A stretch of DNA of 64,000 bases from Spirochaetia bacterium (GTDB lineage Bacteria > Spirochaetota > Spirochaetia > SZUA-6 > Bin103), in assembly GCA_965198005.1 (NCBI GenBank), contig CBDAOI010000002.1, positions 416,001-480,000 of the forward strand, given 5' to 3'. Below the pieces are notes generated by a model, which was not told the DNA's origin, searched no databases, and worked only from the letters and a program-made list of their open reading frames with translations. Within the stretch, counting starts at the first letter, position 1; each line of letters opens with the position of its first letter. Positions 1 to 8,764 of the stretch are shown piece by piece. The translations under genes and the position numbers were made by a program.

Positions 1-1101
1 GCGCACATCCACTTTCCCCAGTACCGCATGCTGGCCGCCCCCGGCCGTGACCTGCTCGACTGGCTGCAGCGCTTCACCTTCCCGGAGGAGAGCCGCTACG
101 CGGCGCCGGCCCACGCCCGCGTCGCGGCGGAGGTGTTCCTCGACCTCCTGGTACGGCACGGCACCACGGCCGCGGTCGTGTTCTCCACCGTCCATCGCGG
201 CGCTACCGAGGCTCTGTTGGCCGCGGCCGAACGGCGCGGGCAGGCCCTCGTCACCGGCAAGACCATGATGGACCGCAATGCGCCGGCGGCATTGTGCGAC
301 GACCCGGAAAGCGGCGTGCGCGCCAGCGAGGCGCTGATCGAACGCTGGCACCGGCGCGGCCGGCTGCGCTACGCCATCACCGTGCGCTTCGCCGTTACCT
401 CCAGCGCGGCCCAGCTCCGCGCCGCGGGCGCGCTGGCGGCGCGCTACCCCGACTGCTACGTGCACAGCCACCTCTCCGAAAGCGAGCGCGAGCTGGCCAC
501 CGTGCGGCACGACTTTCCCTGGGCGCACGACTACACCGACGTCTACGACCGCTGCGGCCTGGTCGGCCCGCGCAGCCTGTTCGCCCACGGCATCCACCTG
601 TCGGAGCGGGAGTGCGCGCGCCTGGCGGAGGCCGGCGCCACCGTCGTGCACTGCCCCACCTCCAACACCTTCCTCGGCTCCGGTCTGTTCGACCTCGGCC
701 GCCTCCGCAACCCGGCGCACCCGGTGGGCATCGGCCTTGCCACCGACGTGGGCGGCGGCACCAGCTACTCGATGCTGCACACCATGGGGGAAGCCTACAA
801 AGTGGCGATGCTGCGCGGGCAGACGCTGAGCGCGCACGACCTGTTCCACCTCGCCACCCGGGGCAACGCCGGGCGGCTCGGACTGGAGGAGGAGATCGGC
901 GCCCTCGAACCGGGCCGCTGGGCGGATCTGGTGGTGCTCGACCCCGCCGCCACGCCGGTGCTCGAAGCGCGCGCGGGGCTGTCCCGCAGGCTGGAAGACA
1001 CCCTGTTCGCCCTGGCGATCCTGGGCGACGACCGGGCGGTGCGCGCCACCTACGTCGCCGGCCGGCAGGTGTGGAGCCGGCCCGGTTACAATGGGCAATG
1101 A
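1..1101 (+). CDS. guaD: Guanine deaminase (5' end outside window)
   Basis: Frame opens at base 1 with AHIHFPQY (HxH metal motif); also TPRFA-like 'ITVRFAVTS', HLSE, HCPTSN.FLGSGLF, TDVGGGTS, GDDRAV. Confidence 0.93.
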   Translation, partial: AHIHFPQYRMLAAPGRDLLDWLQRFTFPEESRYAAPAHARVAAEVFLDLLVRHGTTAAVVFSTVHRGATEALLAAAERRGQALVTGKTMMDRNAPAALCDDPESGVRASEALIERWHRRGRLRYAITVRFAVTSSAAQLRAAGALAARYPDCYVHSHLSESERELATVRHDFPWAHDYTDVYDRCGLVGPRSLFAHGIHLSERECARLAEAGATVVHCPTSNTFLGSGLFDLGRLRNPAHPVGIGLATDVGGGTSYSMLHTMGEAYKVAMLRGQTLSAHDLFHLATRGNAGRLGLEEEIGALEPGRWADLVVLDPAATPVLEARAGLSRRLEDTLFALAILGDDRAVRATYVAGRQVWSRPGYNGQ

Positions 1102-1808
1102 CGCGGCAGCGCAGACCGTGGCACGAGGTGGCGACCCGGCTGGTGGACGTGGCCGCCGGGCGGGCGGCGGAGTTGGTAGTCCGCAACGGCCGCTGGGTCA
1201 ATCCCAGGATATTTACCATCGGCCACTCCAATCACTCGCTGAAACAGTTTGTGGCGCTGTTGTTGCAACATGGGATCACCGCCGTGGCCGACGTACGCTC
1301 CGCTCCGTACAGCCGTTTCTGTCCGCATTTCAACCGCGCCGCGCTCGTCGCCGGGCTCGAGGCCCACGACATTCGCTATTCATACCTCGGACGTGAGCTC
1401 GGCGGCCGGTCGGACGATCCCGCCTGCTACGAGGACGGGCAGATTCAGTATGACCTGGTAGCCCGCACGCACTTGTTTCGAGAAGGTCTCACGAGGGTCG
1501 TTGACGGTGCTGAACGCTATCGCATCGCGCTCATGTGCGCCGAGAAGGAGCCGCTGGACTGTCACCGAACGCTGCTGGTTGCCCGGGCGCTCGTGGCAAC
1601 GGGAGTAGCTGTCGTGCATGTCCTCGCCGATGGCGAACTTGAACCCCATGAGAAGACGATGGATCGACTTCTGGCGGAGCTGAGCCCGAACGGCGACCTG
1701 TTTCAACCACCCGAGGAGTTGCTCGCGCGCGCCATAACGCTTCGGGCGCAGCGCGTTGCGTTCGTCAGCGCCGGCACGGATACGAAATCGAAGAGGACAC
1801 TGCCGTGA
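1098..1808 (+). CDS. DUF488-family protein fused in frame to the first ~35 aa of an adenine deaminase-like N-terminus
   Basis: ATG overlaps guaD stop; 'LVDVAAGRAAELVVRNGRWVN' resembles Ade N-terminus, followed directly by 'IFTIGHSNH...ADVRSAPYSR...LGG...LMCAEKEPLDCHR' (DUF488). Confidence 0.75.
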   Translation: MTRQRRPWHEVATRLVDVAAGRAAELVVRNGRWVNPRIFTIGHSNHSLKQFVALLLQHGITAVADVRSAPYSRFCPHFNRAALVAGLEAHDIRYSYLGRELGGRSDDPACYEDGQIQYDLVARTHLFREGLTRVVDGAERYRIALMCAEKEPLDCHRTLLVARALVATGVAVVHVLADGELEPHEKTMDRLLAELSPNGDLFQPPEELLARAITLRAQRVAFVSAGTDTKSKRTLP

Positions 1809-1825
1809 GGGTATCCACCATCTGA

Positions 1826-2242
1826 CTAACGGATGAAGTAGCCGGAGACCCGCCAGGCATCACCGTCCCAAATGGCGGTGACGGTCTCTACCGCCTCGGA
1901 CTTGTTCGCGTAGGAGGACGCGAAACGGAACACCCAGTAACGGCCGTCCGGCGCACCGGGCAGCGTCTCGTGATGCTCGGCGGCGGTCCTGGAGCGCGCG
2001 AGCGGGGCGCCCATCGGCACCAGCGCGGCCCGCAACGCTTGCGCGAGCTGCTGTTCGCTCACGGCGCCGCGCATCAGCGCCGCCGCGCCGGTCCAACAGG
2101 CCCGGTAATCGCCGGCATCCAGAAGCTCCAGCCATTCCCCGGCCGCGGCCAACGCTGAGTCTCGCTCATCCATACCCCACCTCACGCCCGAATTCACCAC
2201 ATACGGCGCGGGCCGGCTCGTCGCCTCTCCGGGTTTGCTCAT
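1826..2242 (-). CDS. DUF4019-domain protein
   Basis: 'AAGEWLELLDAGDY..W...LPGAPDGRY..FRF.SSYANK...VETVT...W RVSGYFI' pattern; true start may be the internal MDERD. Confidence 0.8.
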   Translation of the reverse strand: MSKPGEATSRPAPYVVNSGVRWGMDERDSALAAAGEWLELLDAGDYRACWTGAAALMRGAVSEQQLAQALRAALVPMGAPLARSRTAAEHHETLPGAPDGRYWVFRFASSYANKSEAVETVTAIWDGDAWRVSGYFIR

Positions 2243-2695
2243 GGCGCGTCCACATCTTCATGCCGTCGACAGTGTACTCGACGTCACCTTCGCCGGCAGC
2301 ATGGAGCAACTCGACACGGCGCGGCGGGCGTTTCGCCACCTCAACCGTGCCCTGCGCGCGGCGAGCTTCACGGTGGCGGTCGACTTCGCGGACGAGTAGC
2401 AGGGGAGCCAGCAAACCAAGCCCGGCAGCCAGGCAAACACCTCAGCGTCACAGCAAGCACAGCCCGACAGCGCAACAGCGTCATGACTCCGAGTCTCCTG
2501 CTCTTTTCTAGTGCAACTGGGAGCTGATGATCTTGTACGTTTCGCCCGCCGCCGATGAATTCGCGGTCCGGTGCGGCAGCGACGATCCGGACGAGTTTCG
2601 AAAAGCGTTCAATCGGCTGCTGCGAGACATGATGCGAAGCATGGACCAATGGATTCGCAGTCGAAGAACTGACTCGGTATCGGTAATCAGCAAAC

Positions 2696-3088
2696 TCAGA
2701 CCGGCGGCACGACCGCATCTACTTCGACCTCCACGAGGTGCTCGGGCAGCATCAGGGCGGCTACCTGGGCCATCGTCATGGCGGGGCGGACGGCGCCGAG
2801 CAACTCGGCGTGGGCGCGGCCGATGGAGTGGGCATGCTCAATGTCGGTTACCAGGTAACGGGTGCGCACCACGTCGGCAAGCGTGGCACCCACGTCGCGC
2901 AGCGCGGCCTCGATTCGGCGCAGGATGAGGAGGGTCTGCCCGTACGGGTCGCCGACGGCCACGGGCTTGCCGTCGTCACCCGTTGCGGTGGTACCGGCTA
3001 CGAATACCAGGTCTCCCGCGCGCACGGCGCGCGAATATCCGTAGCGTTCCTCCCATTGCGTGCCCGATGAGCTGTGTTTTCTGATCAT
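2696..3088 (-). CDS. RidA/YjgF family protein
   Basis: SSGT.WE...GYSRAVRAG..VFVAGTT, DVVRTR, RPA.T...V..L..LVEVE. Confidence 0.92.
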   Translation of the reverse strand: MIRKHSSSGTQWEERYGYSRAVRAGDLVFVAGTTATGDDGKPVAVGDPYGQTLLILRRIEAALRDVGATLADVVRTRYLVTDIEHAHSIGRAHAELLGAVRPAMTMAQVAALMLPEHLVEVEVDAVVPPV

Positions 3089-3102
3089 GGCTCCGGGGCG
3101 AC

Positions 3103-3531
3103 TATAGCGAGTTTGGACGCGTCACGGTGACGCCTGCCGTCCGCGACGAAGTGCTGGCCGGTGGAAGCCTTCCCGGCGCACCGGAGCTGGCCGCAGCGGT
3201 TGCGAGCGGCTGGATCGAGGTAGCCGAGGCCCATGGCGACGTGGCTGCGCTCGCCGACCTGGACGCGGGTGAGGCGAGTACGCTGGCGCTCGCGGTCGAG
3301 AGTCCTGACGAGTGTCTGGTGCTGATCGACGAGCCGTTGGGCCGAGCCCATGCCCACGCCTCCGGGATTGCGGTAACCGGGCTCGTCGGAGTGCTACTCG
3401 CTGCCAAGCGAGCCGGCTGCATACCCCGCGTCCGGCCTTTCCTCAAGCGTCTGGAAACAAGCAACTTCAGGCTCGCGCGGGTAGTCATCCGCGCCGCGCT
3501 TGAACAAGCCGGCGAAGTGCAGCCGACATGA
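3103..3531 (+). pseudogene. DUF3368/PIN-domain protein, 5'-truncated
   Basis: 'VTPAVRDEV...LDAGEASTLALA...LIDE..GR..A...G..VTGLVGVLLAAK' but the N-terminal DTGPLI strand is absent. Confidence 0.7.
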
Positions 3532-3671
3532 CCGGGGATTCGTGCGTGCCGCCGTCAAGAGCCTCGCAGATCCTCGGCGAGTTGTCGCCGCCGGTCGTCG
3601 GCCAGCCAGGACGCGCTCACGGCATTCAGTATCAGGGTACGGACGCAGCCAGTCCGCGGTCGAGCCGGCGG

Positions 3672-4322
3672 TCAAAAATAGACCTCGGCGAAGAGAGCGG
3701 TGCTGGGGATGCCGCCGACTTTGAGGATGTCGAACGCTTCGAAGATCATCTCGCTGTTGCCGCAGAGGTAGCACAGCGTGCCGGGGGCCGCGGGGTGAGC
3801 GCGCAGGTAGGCGGTGACGCGGCCGGCGAAGCCGGCGTCCGTCGTTACCGGTTGGCGGCTGAGGCACGCCAGGTAGCGGTCGGGGCGGTAGCAGTGGCGG
3901 TCGTAGGTCTCGGACGCCGTGCGGACGCCGTGCAGCAGGCGGTAGTCGAGGCCGGGATAGCTGCGGGCGAAGCAGTGAAACGGGGCGATTCCGGTCCCGG
4001 AGGCCACGAACAGGAGCGGACACCCCCGAGCCGCCTCGGGGATGAGGAAATAGCCGAACGGACCGTCCACCTCCAGCGCCACGCCGGGGGCGAGCCGCGC
4101 GAGCTGGTGCGATACCGTGCCACTCTCTACGTGCTTGATCAGCACTTCCAGAAATGGGTCATCGCTCCCGGAGTAGATGGAGTACTCCCGCCGCGCGGTG
4201 CTGCCGGGCAGACCCAGCGTCACGTACTGCCCCGGCTCGAATGCCAGCTCACCGCGCTCCAGTCGGATCACGTACGCGGAGGGACTGAGCCGGCGAATGG
4301 AATGGACGCGGTGCTCAGGCAC
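3672..4322 (-). CDS. Ferredoxin-NADP reductase-type FAD/NAD-binding oxidoreductase
   Basis: FEPGQY, RREYSIYS, GPFG, ASGTGIAPF, YLCGN motifs. Confidence 0.9.
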   Translation of the reverse strand: MPEHRVHSIRRLSPSAYVIRLERGELAFEPGQYVTLGLPGSTARREYSIYSGSDDPFLEVLIKHVESGTVSHQLARLAPGVALEVDGPFGYFLIPEAARGCPLLFVASGTGIAPFHCFARSYPGLDYRLLHGVRTASETYDRHCYRPDRYLACLSRQPVTTDAGFAGRVTAYLRAHPAAPGTLCYLCGNSEMIFEAFDILKVGGIPSTALFAEVYF

Positions 4323-4357
4323 GCGCGCGTCCGCGACCGGCGGCGCGCAACTGCACG
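4315..4357 (-). repeat. Imperfect duplicate of the mnmG 3' end (other copy 4762-4804)
   Basis: Reads VQLRAAGRGRARA* versus mnmG VQLRAGGRGRMRT*; its stop overlaps the GTG start of the reductase. Confidence 0.85.
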
Positions 4358-4361
4358 TTCC

Positions 4362-4577
4362 CTACTTTGATGAACGCAGAGATGCGTGAGCGTGTTGCGG
4401 CACGTCCACCGGTACGAAGTAGGATTCAGGGTACAGATAGTCTCCGCCTGACTCGTCTACCACGCGCAGATACCCTTCGCGTTCTGCTTCTTCGTCGGGA
4501 ACAGTCTGATAGAGTTTTCGAGTCTCCAGATCGCTGCACTCTCTGTTCTCGATGCACACTACGAATCGTTCTATCAT
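4362..4577 (-). CDS. Conserved small hypothetical protein (putative TA partner)
   Basis: 'FVVCIEN...LE.RKLY....DE.A...G.LRVVDESG.DYLYP..YF' is a widespread small-protein pattern usually paired with the upstream gene. Confidence 0.7.
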   Translation of the reverse strand: MIERFVVCIENRECSDLETRKLYQTVPDEEAEREGYLRVVDESGGDYLYPESYFVPVDVPQHAHASLRSSK

Positions 4578-4578
4578 T

Positions 4579-4661
4579 TCAATCCAGAAACCGCTTGATC
4601 TTCATCCGCCTACTGCGATTGTTTCGATACTCTCAATGGTTCCAAGAACTTCAAAATACAC
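4579..4661 (-). pseudogene. Internally deleted partner gene (MYFEVLGTIESIETIAVGG...MKIKRFLD)
   Basis: N-terminal and C-terminal signature of a ~75-aa conserved family (recalled from memory) joined with the middle missing. Confidence 0.55.
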
Positions 4662-4761
4662 CGAAGACCATTCGCTTTCCTGACTCTTTGGGCAACGATA
4701 GTGTGGGAATTAGTGGGCGTCAAGGTGCTCCCGGCATATGCCGTGCGCTGAAACGGCCTGT

Positions 4762-6711
4762 TCACGTACGCATGCGTCCGCGACCACCGGCGCGCAACTG
4801 CACGAGCAGGATGCTGAGGTCGGCCGGGCTTACGCCGCTGATGCGGCTGGCTTGGCCGAGCGTGCGCGGCCGCACGAGCTGGAGCTTCTCACGGCCCTCG
4901 TGCGAGAGGGCATCGATGGCTCCGTAGTCGAGGGAATGGGGAATGCGCAGCGCCTCGAACCGCTGCAGCCGCTCGATGTTGTGGCGCTCGCGGGCGATAT
5001 AGCCTTCGTACTTCAACTCCACCTCGGCTGCGGCCAGCAACTCGGGGTCGGCGAGCAGCGCCGTGAGCGGGGGGCTGGCGTCGGTTCCGGCGGCGGGTGC
5101 CGCGGTTGCGGCGTCCGCCGGGGACAGTGTCTCGCCCAGCAGGGCGCCCAGCCGGACCTCGGGGCGCCGGCACAGGGCGGCGGCGCTCTCGGGGCGCTGC
5201 AGCTCGCTGGCGCCGCGCGCCCGCAGCCAGCCGTTGACCCTGGCCGGCGCCAGCGTCGTGCGCCGCAGTGCCGCCACGGCGGCGTTGAGCAGCTCGGACC
5301 GGCGGCGCAGCCGCGTCATCGCTTCGTCGCCGATCAGACCCAGCTCATGTCCGTACGCGCTCAGGCGACGGTCGGCATTGTCCTGGCGCAGCACCAGGCG
5401 GTGCTCCGCACGCGAGGTGAACATGCGGTACGGCTCGTACGACGGCTTGGTCACCAAGTCGTCGATCAGCACCCCGACGTAGGCCTCGTCGCGGCGCAGG
5501 ACCAGCTCGTCACGGGCGCCGTTCGCACCGCGGTGCAGGGACAGCGCCGCGTTGATCCCTGCCATCAGCCCCTGTGCCGCTGCCTCCTCGTAGCCGGAGG
5601 TGCCGTTCACCTGGCCGGCGAAGTAGAGCCCGCGCAGGTGCTTGCTCTCCAGCGTCGCGTCCACCTGGTAGGCGGGAAAGAAATCGTACTCCACGGCGTA
5701 GCCGTAGCGCGCCACCTCCACCTGCTCCAGGCCGCGCACGGTGCGTAGCGCCGCCAACTGCACCTCCGCCGGCAGCGAGCTGGAGAAGCCGTTGAGGTAG
5801 ATCAGGTCGCTGTCCAGCCCCTCCGGCTCCAGGAACAGTTGATGGCGGTCGCGGTCGGCGAAGCGCACCACCTTGTCCTCGATCGAAGGGCAGTAGCGCG
5901 GGCCTGCCCCCTGAATGCGGCCGGTGAACATGGGCGAGCGGTCGAAGCCGGTGGCGAGCAGCTCGTGGGTCGCGCGATTGGTGAAGGTGACGTGGCAGCT
6001 CACCTGCGGCAGGCGCGGGAAACGGGCCGGGTCGGTGCGTCGCGAAAACGGCACCGGGCGGTCGTCGCCCGGCTGCTCGTCCAGCACGCTGAAGTCGATG
6101 CTGGCATGCAGCAGCCGCGGCGGGGTGCCGGTCTTGAGGCGGCCGGTCTCGATGCCCAGGCGGCCGAACGCCTCCGACAGCCCGGTAGCCGGCTGCTCGC
6201 CGAATCGCCCGCCGGCGCTGCCGTTCAGGCCGGTGAACAGCACGCCATTGAGAAACGTGCCCGACGCGACCACCAGCGCGCGGCAGCCGATCTCCTCCCC
6301 GGTACCGGTCACCACGGCCGCCACCCGGCCGCCACGGGCCACCACGTCCACCACCATCTCCTCGATAACGGTGATGGCTCCTGCGGCCGCCACCAGCTCC
6401 TGCGCCGCGGCGGCGTACGCCTCGCGGTCGGACTGGCAGCGCGACGACCAGATCGCCGGCCCCTTGGAGCGGTTCAGCAGCCGGAACTGGATGCCGGTAG
6501 CGTCCGCCAGCTCCCCCATCACCCCACCGAGGGCGTCGATCTCGTGCACCAGGTGACCCTTGGCGGTGCCGCCGATAGCCGGGTTGCAGGACATGCGGCC
6601 GATGGCCGCGGCTTCGCTGGTGACCAAGCCAACGCTGCAGCCCATGCGCGCCGCCGCCACCGCCGCCTCGATGCCGGCGTGCCCGCCGCCGATCACGATC
6701 AGGTCGAACAT
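4762..6711 (-). CDS. mnmG: tRNA uridine-5-carboxymethylaminomethyl synthesis enzyme MnmG (GidA)
   Basis: VIGGGHAGIEAA, MSCNPAIGG, RLKTGTPPRL, GPRYCPSIEDK, AGQVNGTSGYEEAAAQG; start ATG 6711 (alternative 6747). Confidence 0.97.
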   Translation of the reverse strand: MFDLIVIGGGHAGIEAAVAAARMGCSVGLVTSEAAAIGRMSCNPAIGGTAKGHLVHEIDALGGVMGELADATGIQFRLLNRSKGPAIWSSRCQSDREAYAAAAQELVAAAGAITVIEEMVVDVVARGGRVAAVVTGTGEEIGCRALVVASGTFLNGVLFTGLNGSAGGRFGEQPATGLSEAFGRLGIETGRLKTGTPPRLLHASIDFSVLDEQPGDDRPVPFSRRTDPARFPRLPQVSCHVTFTNRATHELLATGFDRSPMFTGRIQGAGPRYCPSIEDKVVRFADRDRHQLFLEPEGLDSDLIYLNGFSSSLPAEVQLAALRTVRGLEQVEVARYGYAVEYDFFPAYQVDATLESKHLRGLYFAGQVNGTSGYEEAAAQGLMAGINAALSLHRGANGARDELVLRRDEAYVGVLIDDLVTKPSYEPYRMFTSRAEHRLVLRQDNADRRLSAYGHELGLIGDEAMTRLRRRSELLNAAVAALRRTTLAPARVNGWLRARGASELQRPESAAALCRRPEVRLGALLGETLSPADAATAAPAAGTDASPPLTALLADPELLAAAEVELKYEGYIARERHNIERLQRFEALRIPHSLDYGAIDALSHEGREKLQLVRPRTLGQASRISGVSPADLSILLVQLRAGGRGRMRT

Positions 6712-6897
6712 CGTTTTGCTTCCGCTACTGCCATCTTGTGTCGCCATCTTCGCATTCCTGCGCGTCCGCTGCATCCCGCGCACCGGACCCACAGGCATCT
6801 TCACCTCGGTCGCCCACGTATACGTCTCGTGACAGCAAACCTTGACCAGCTCGCGCACCGTGCTTTCCGCTCGATGCGTGGCCGCCGCGATGTCGAG

Positions 6898-7222
6898 GGA
6901 GTTGCTCACTGGCGGCGGCTCCGGTGGGCACGCTGGCGGCGGTCACACGCGGCGGATCGTGATGGTACGGCCTCGCTTCAGACGGGCGATCGTCTCGCCG
7001 CTGCCGGTCGCCAAGCGTGAGACCGTCGACAGCCGGCGCCGGGTACGCTTGGCGAAGATCGTGCAGAGGCGGGACAGCCACTCTTCCGTGTCATCCATAG
7101 CGTACAACGTGTCAGACATAGCACGATCCGCCTACCCTGTCAAACGGATCTCGTGGTTTTTCTGAGATATTTGCGGTATCGTGTTACACGTGACACGTCG
7201 GGGGCTGGAACATCTCCGCTCG
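6898..7222. repeat. Degenerate direct-repeat copy of the cro-operator-cI 5' region (other copy 8398-8806)
   Basis: Near-identical sequence from GGAGTTGCTCACTGGCGG to CATCTCCGCTCG; this copy lacks ~80 bp of cro and keeps only ~14 codons of cI. Confidence 0.92.
6906..7098 (-). pseudogene. Cro-like gene, internally deleted copy
   Basis: MDDTEEWLSRLC...TITIRR, then a deletion removes the SDHWP..WPAEIPRP segment. Confidence 0.8.
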
Positions 7223-7245
7223 AACGTGTGGCTGTCGTTGCTACG

Positions 7246-8148
7246 CTACCTGCATTGATTGTTCACTAGGCCTGTACCCTCCGGGCACACGGCACCGGCC
7301 TTCAGCAGCACCTCGACGGTTGGGTAGTCCACATCTTTACCTACAAGATCCTGACGGCTGACGACATACAGCGGGTTTGAGTTATCAGGAGCTGCGGCGT
7401 TCACGTCGGCGCCAGCCTTGATTAGCGCTTCCGCGGTCCACGGGTTGCTCACCCCGAATATGGGAGTAGTCCCAATACTATTTCGAGCGTTCGGGTCTGC
7501 TCCCGCCGCGACGAGAGCACTCACGACCGAGGGATCGGCCGAGTAATCGGCCGCCAAGTGTAACGGCGTCCCGCCCCATTCATCGCGCGCGTTCGGGTCT
7601 GCACCGGATTCGAGCAGTGCCATGACATTGACCGAATTGTTCTCATACAGAGCCAAGTCAAGCGGCGTAAAGCCGTCGGCGCGAGCGTCTGCGTCGGCTC
7701 CGTACCGGACCAGGAGGGCTATGTTATCACCGCTATTTGGGGTGGGAGCTGCAAAGTGCAGAGGAACCAAAGAGTCATTATCCTGCGCATTCGGATCGGC
7801 TCCCGCGTCCAGAAGCGCTTCGAGAACGACAGGTGGAACGTTATCCCTAACGGCCAAGTGCAGCGGCGTACGATTACTTTCAGAGTCGCGTTCGTTAACG
7901 TCAGCACCGTTCGCCAGTAACTCGACCACGTCCTCTACCGTGACGCTCGCCCACACGTCTATCGCGAGGAACGTCGCGGTGGTTACAGCGTCTCCTGATT
8001 GATCCGTCACGGAGGACTCTTTCGACGTCTCAATTCTTCCGGCGCTAACGCAGCCAACCAGGGCCAGCGCCAGCGCGACTCCAATCAGTTGCCGCACATG
8101 CCTCACATATACATATGTATGGTCGGTATGGGTTTTCCAAATGTCCAT
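7246..8148 (-). CDS. Ankyrin-repeat lipoprotein (eukaryote-like protein)
   Basis: Repeated TPLHLA / LL..GADPNA.D units; signal peptide with lipobox 'LALALVGC'; visibly AT-richer than neighbours; start ATG 8148 or GTG 8106. Confidence 0.9.
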   Translation of the reverse strand: MDIWKTHTDHTYVYVRHVRQLIGVALALALVGCVSAGRIETSKESSVTDQSGDAVTTATFLAIDVWASVTVEDVVELLANGADVNERDSESNRTPLHLAVRDNVPPVVLEALLDAGADPNAQDNDSLVPLHFAAPTPNSGDNIALLVRYGADADARADGFTPLDLALYENNSVNVMALLESGADPNARDEWGGTPLHLAADYSADPSVVSALVAAGADPNARNSIGTTPIFGVSNPWTAEALIKAGADVNAAAPDNSNPLYVVSRQDLVGKDVDYPTVEVLLKAGAVCPEGTGLVNNQCR

Positions 8149-8294
8149 CGGGTGATTCCTCTTCTCTTGTTGTTGAATCTTGTTGAAGAACGGTAATTCC
8201 ACTGCCGAACTCTCGCCTGCCTTCAAACACAAGCGATGGGCAAGAACCTGTTCATGATACGGCTTGGCGGGATGCGTCAACCGCCGATGTTTTA

Positions 8295-8333
8295 TTTTCT
8301 GTGACTTTTGCGATATCGGGTCACATGTGACAC
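8295..8333. promoter_or_regulatory. Operator-like 39-bp box upstream of the ankyrin gene (copies at 7158-7196 and 8742-8780)
   Basis: 32/39 identical to the box at the cI start; contains the palindrome GTCACATGTGAC; same 15-nt offset from a minus-strand TTGAC. Confidence 0.6.
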
Positions 8334-8405
8334 CTCCGGTTAGTCGTGGCCCGGTCGTTGTGAGCTGCACGACCGGCGCGAGTTTGCTGTGGTCGACGGA
8401 GTTGC

Positions 8406-8681
8406 TCACTGGCGGCGGCTCCGGGTAAGCCGGCGGCGATCACGCGCGGCGTCCTTGGGCCGCGGGATCTCGGCAGGCCATTCCTGGTCGTCGGGCCAGT
8501 GGTCGGACAGGTACCTGAGCGCCCGAGCCGCGCGGCGGATCGTGATGGTACGGCCTCGCTTCAGACGGGCGATCGTCTCTCCGCTGCCGGTCGCCAAGCG
8601 TGAGACCGTCGACAGCCGGCGCCGGGTACGCTTGGCGAAGATCGTGCAGAGGCGGGACAGCCACTCTTCCGTGTCATCCAT
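8406..8681 (-). CDS. Cro-like small phage regulatory protein
   Basis: 'LSTVSRLATGSG...L..G..ITIRRA.RA..YLSDHWP.D.EWPAEIPRP' is typical of proteobacterial prophage Cro-like proteins; divergent from the S24 repressor. Confidence 0.75.
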   Translation of the reverse strand: MDDTEEWLSRLCTIFAKRTRRRLSTVSRLATGSGETIARLKRGRTITIRRAARALRYLSDHWPDDQEWPAEIPRPKDAARDRRRLTRSRRQ

Positions 8682-8697
8682 AGCGTGCATCGTGCCA

Positions 8698-8727
8698 GAC
8701 ATAGCACGGCCTGTCCACCCCTGTCAA
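8698..8727 (-). promoter_or_regulatory. Putative sigma70 promoter of the cro-like gene
   Basis: TTGACA-18-TATGTC with TG extension; copy near 7115-7143 has 17-nt spacing. Confidence 0.55.
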
Positions 8728-8764
8728 ACGGGTCCGGTGGCTTTTCTGAGATATTTGCGGTATC

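Noticed and set aside
2245-2695. ORFs between DUF4019 and RidA
   Set aside because: They look like unassignable gene scraps; no family recognised.
6712-6909. N-terminal extension of MnmG (715-aa ORF), and likewise of the ankyrin ORF to 8409
   Set aside because: Both extensions start at the GTG overlapping the cro stop and cross presumed promoter/intergenic DNA; conserved domains start later.
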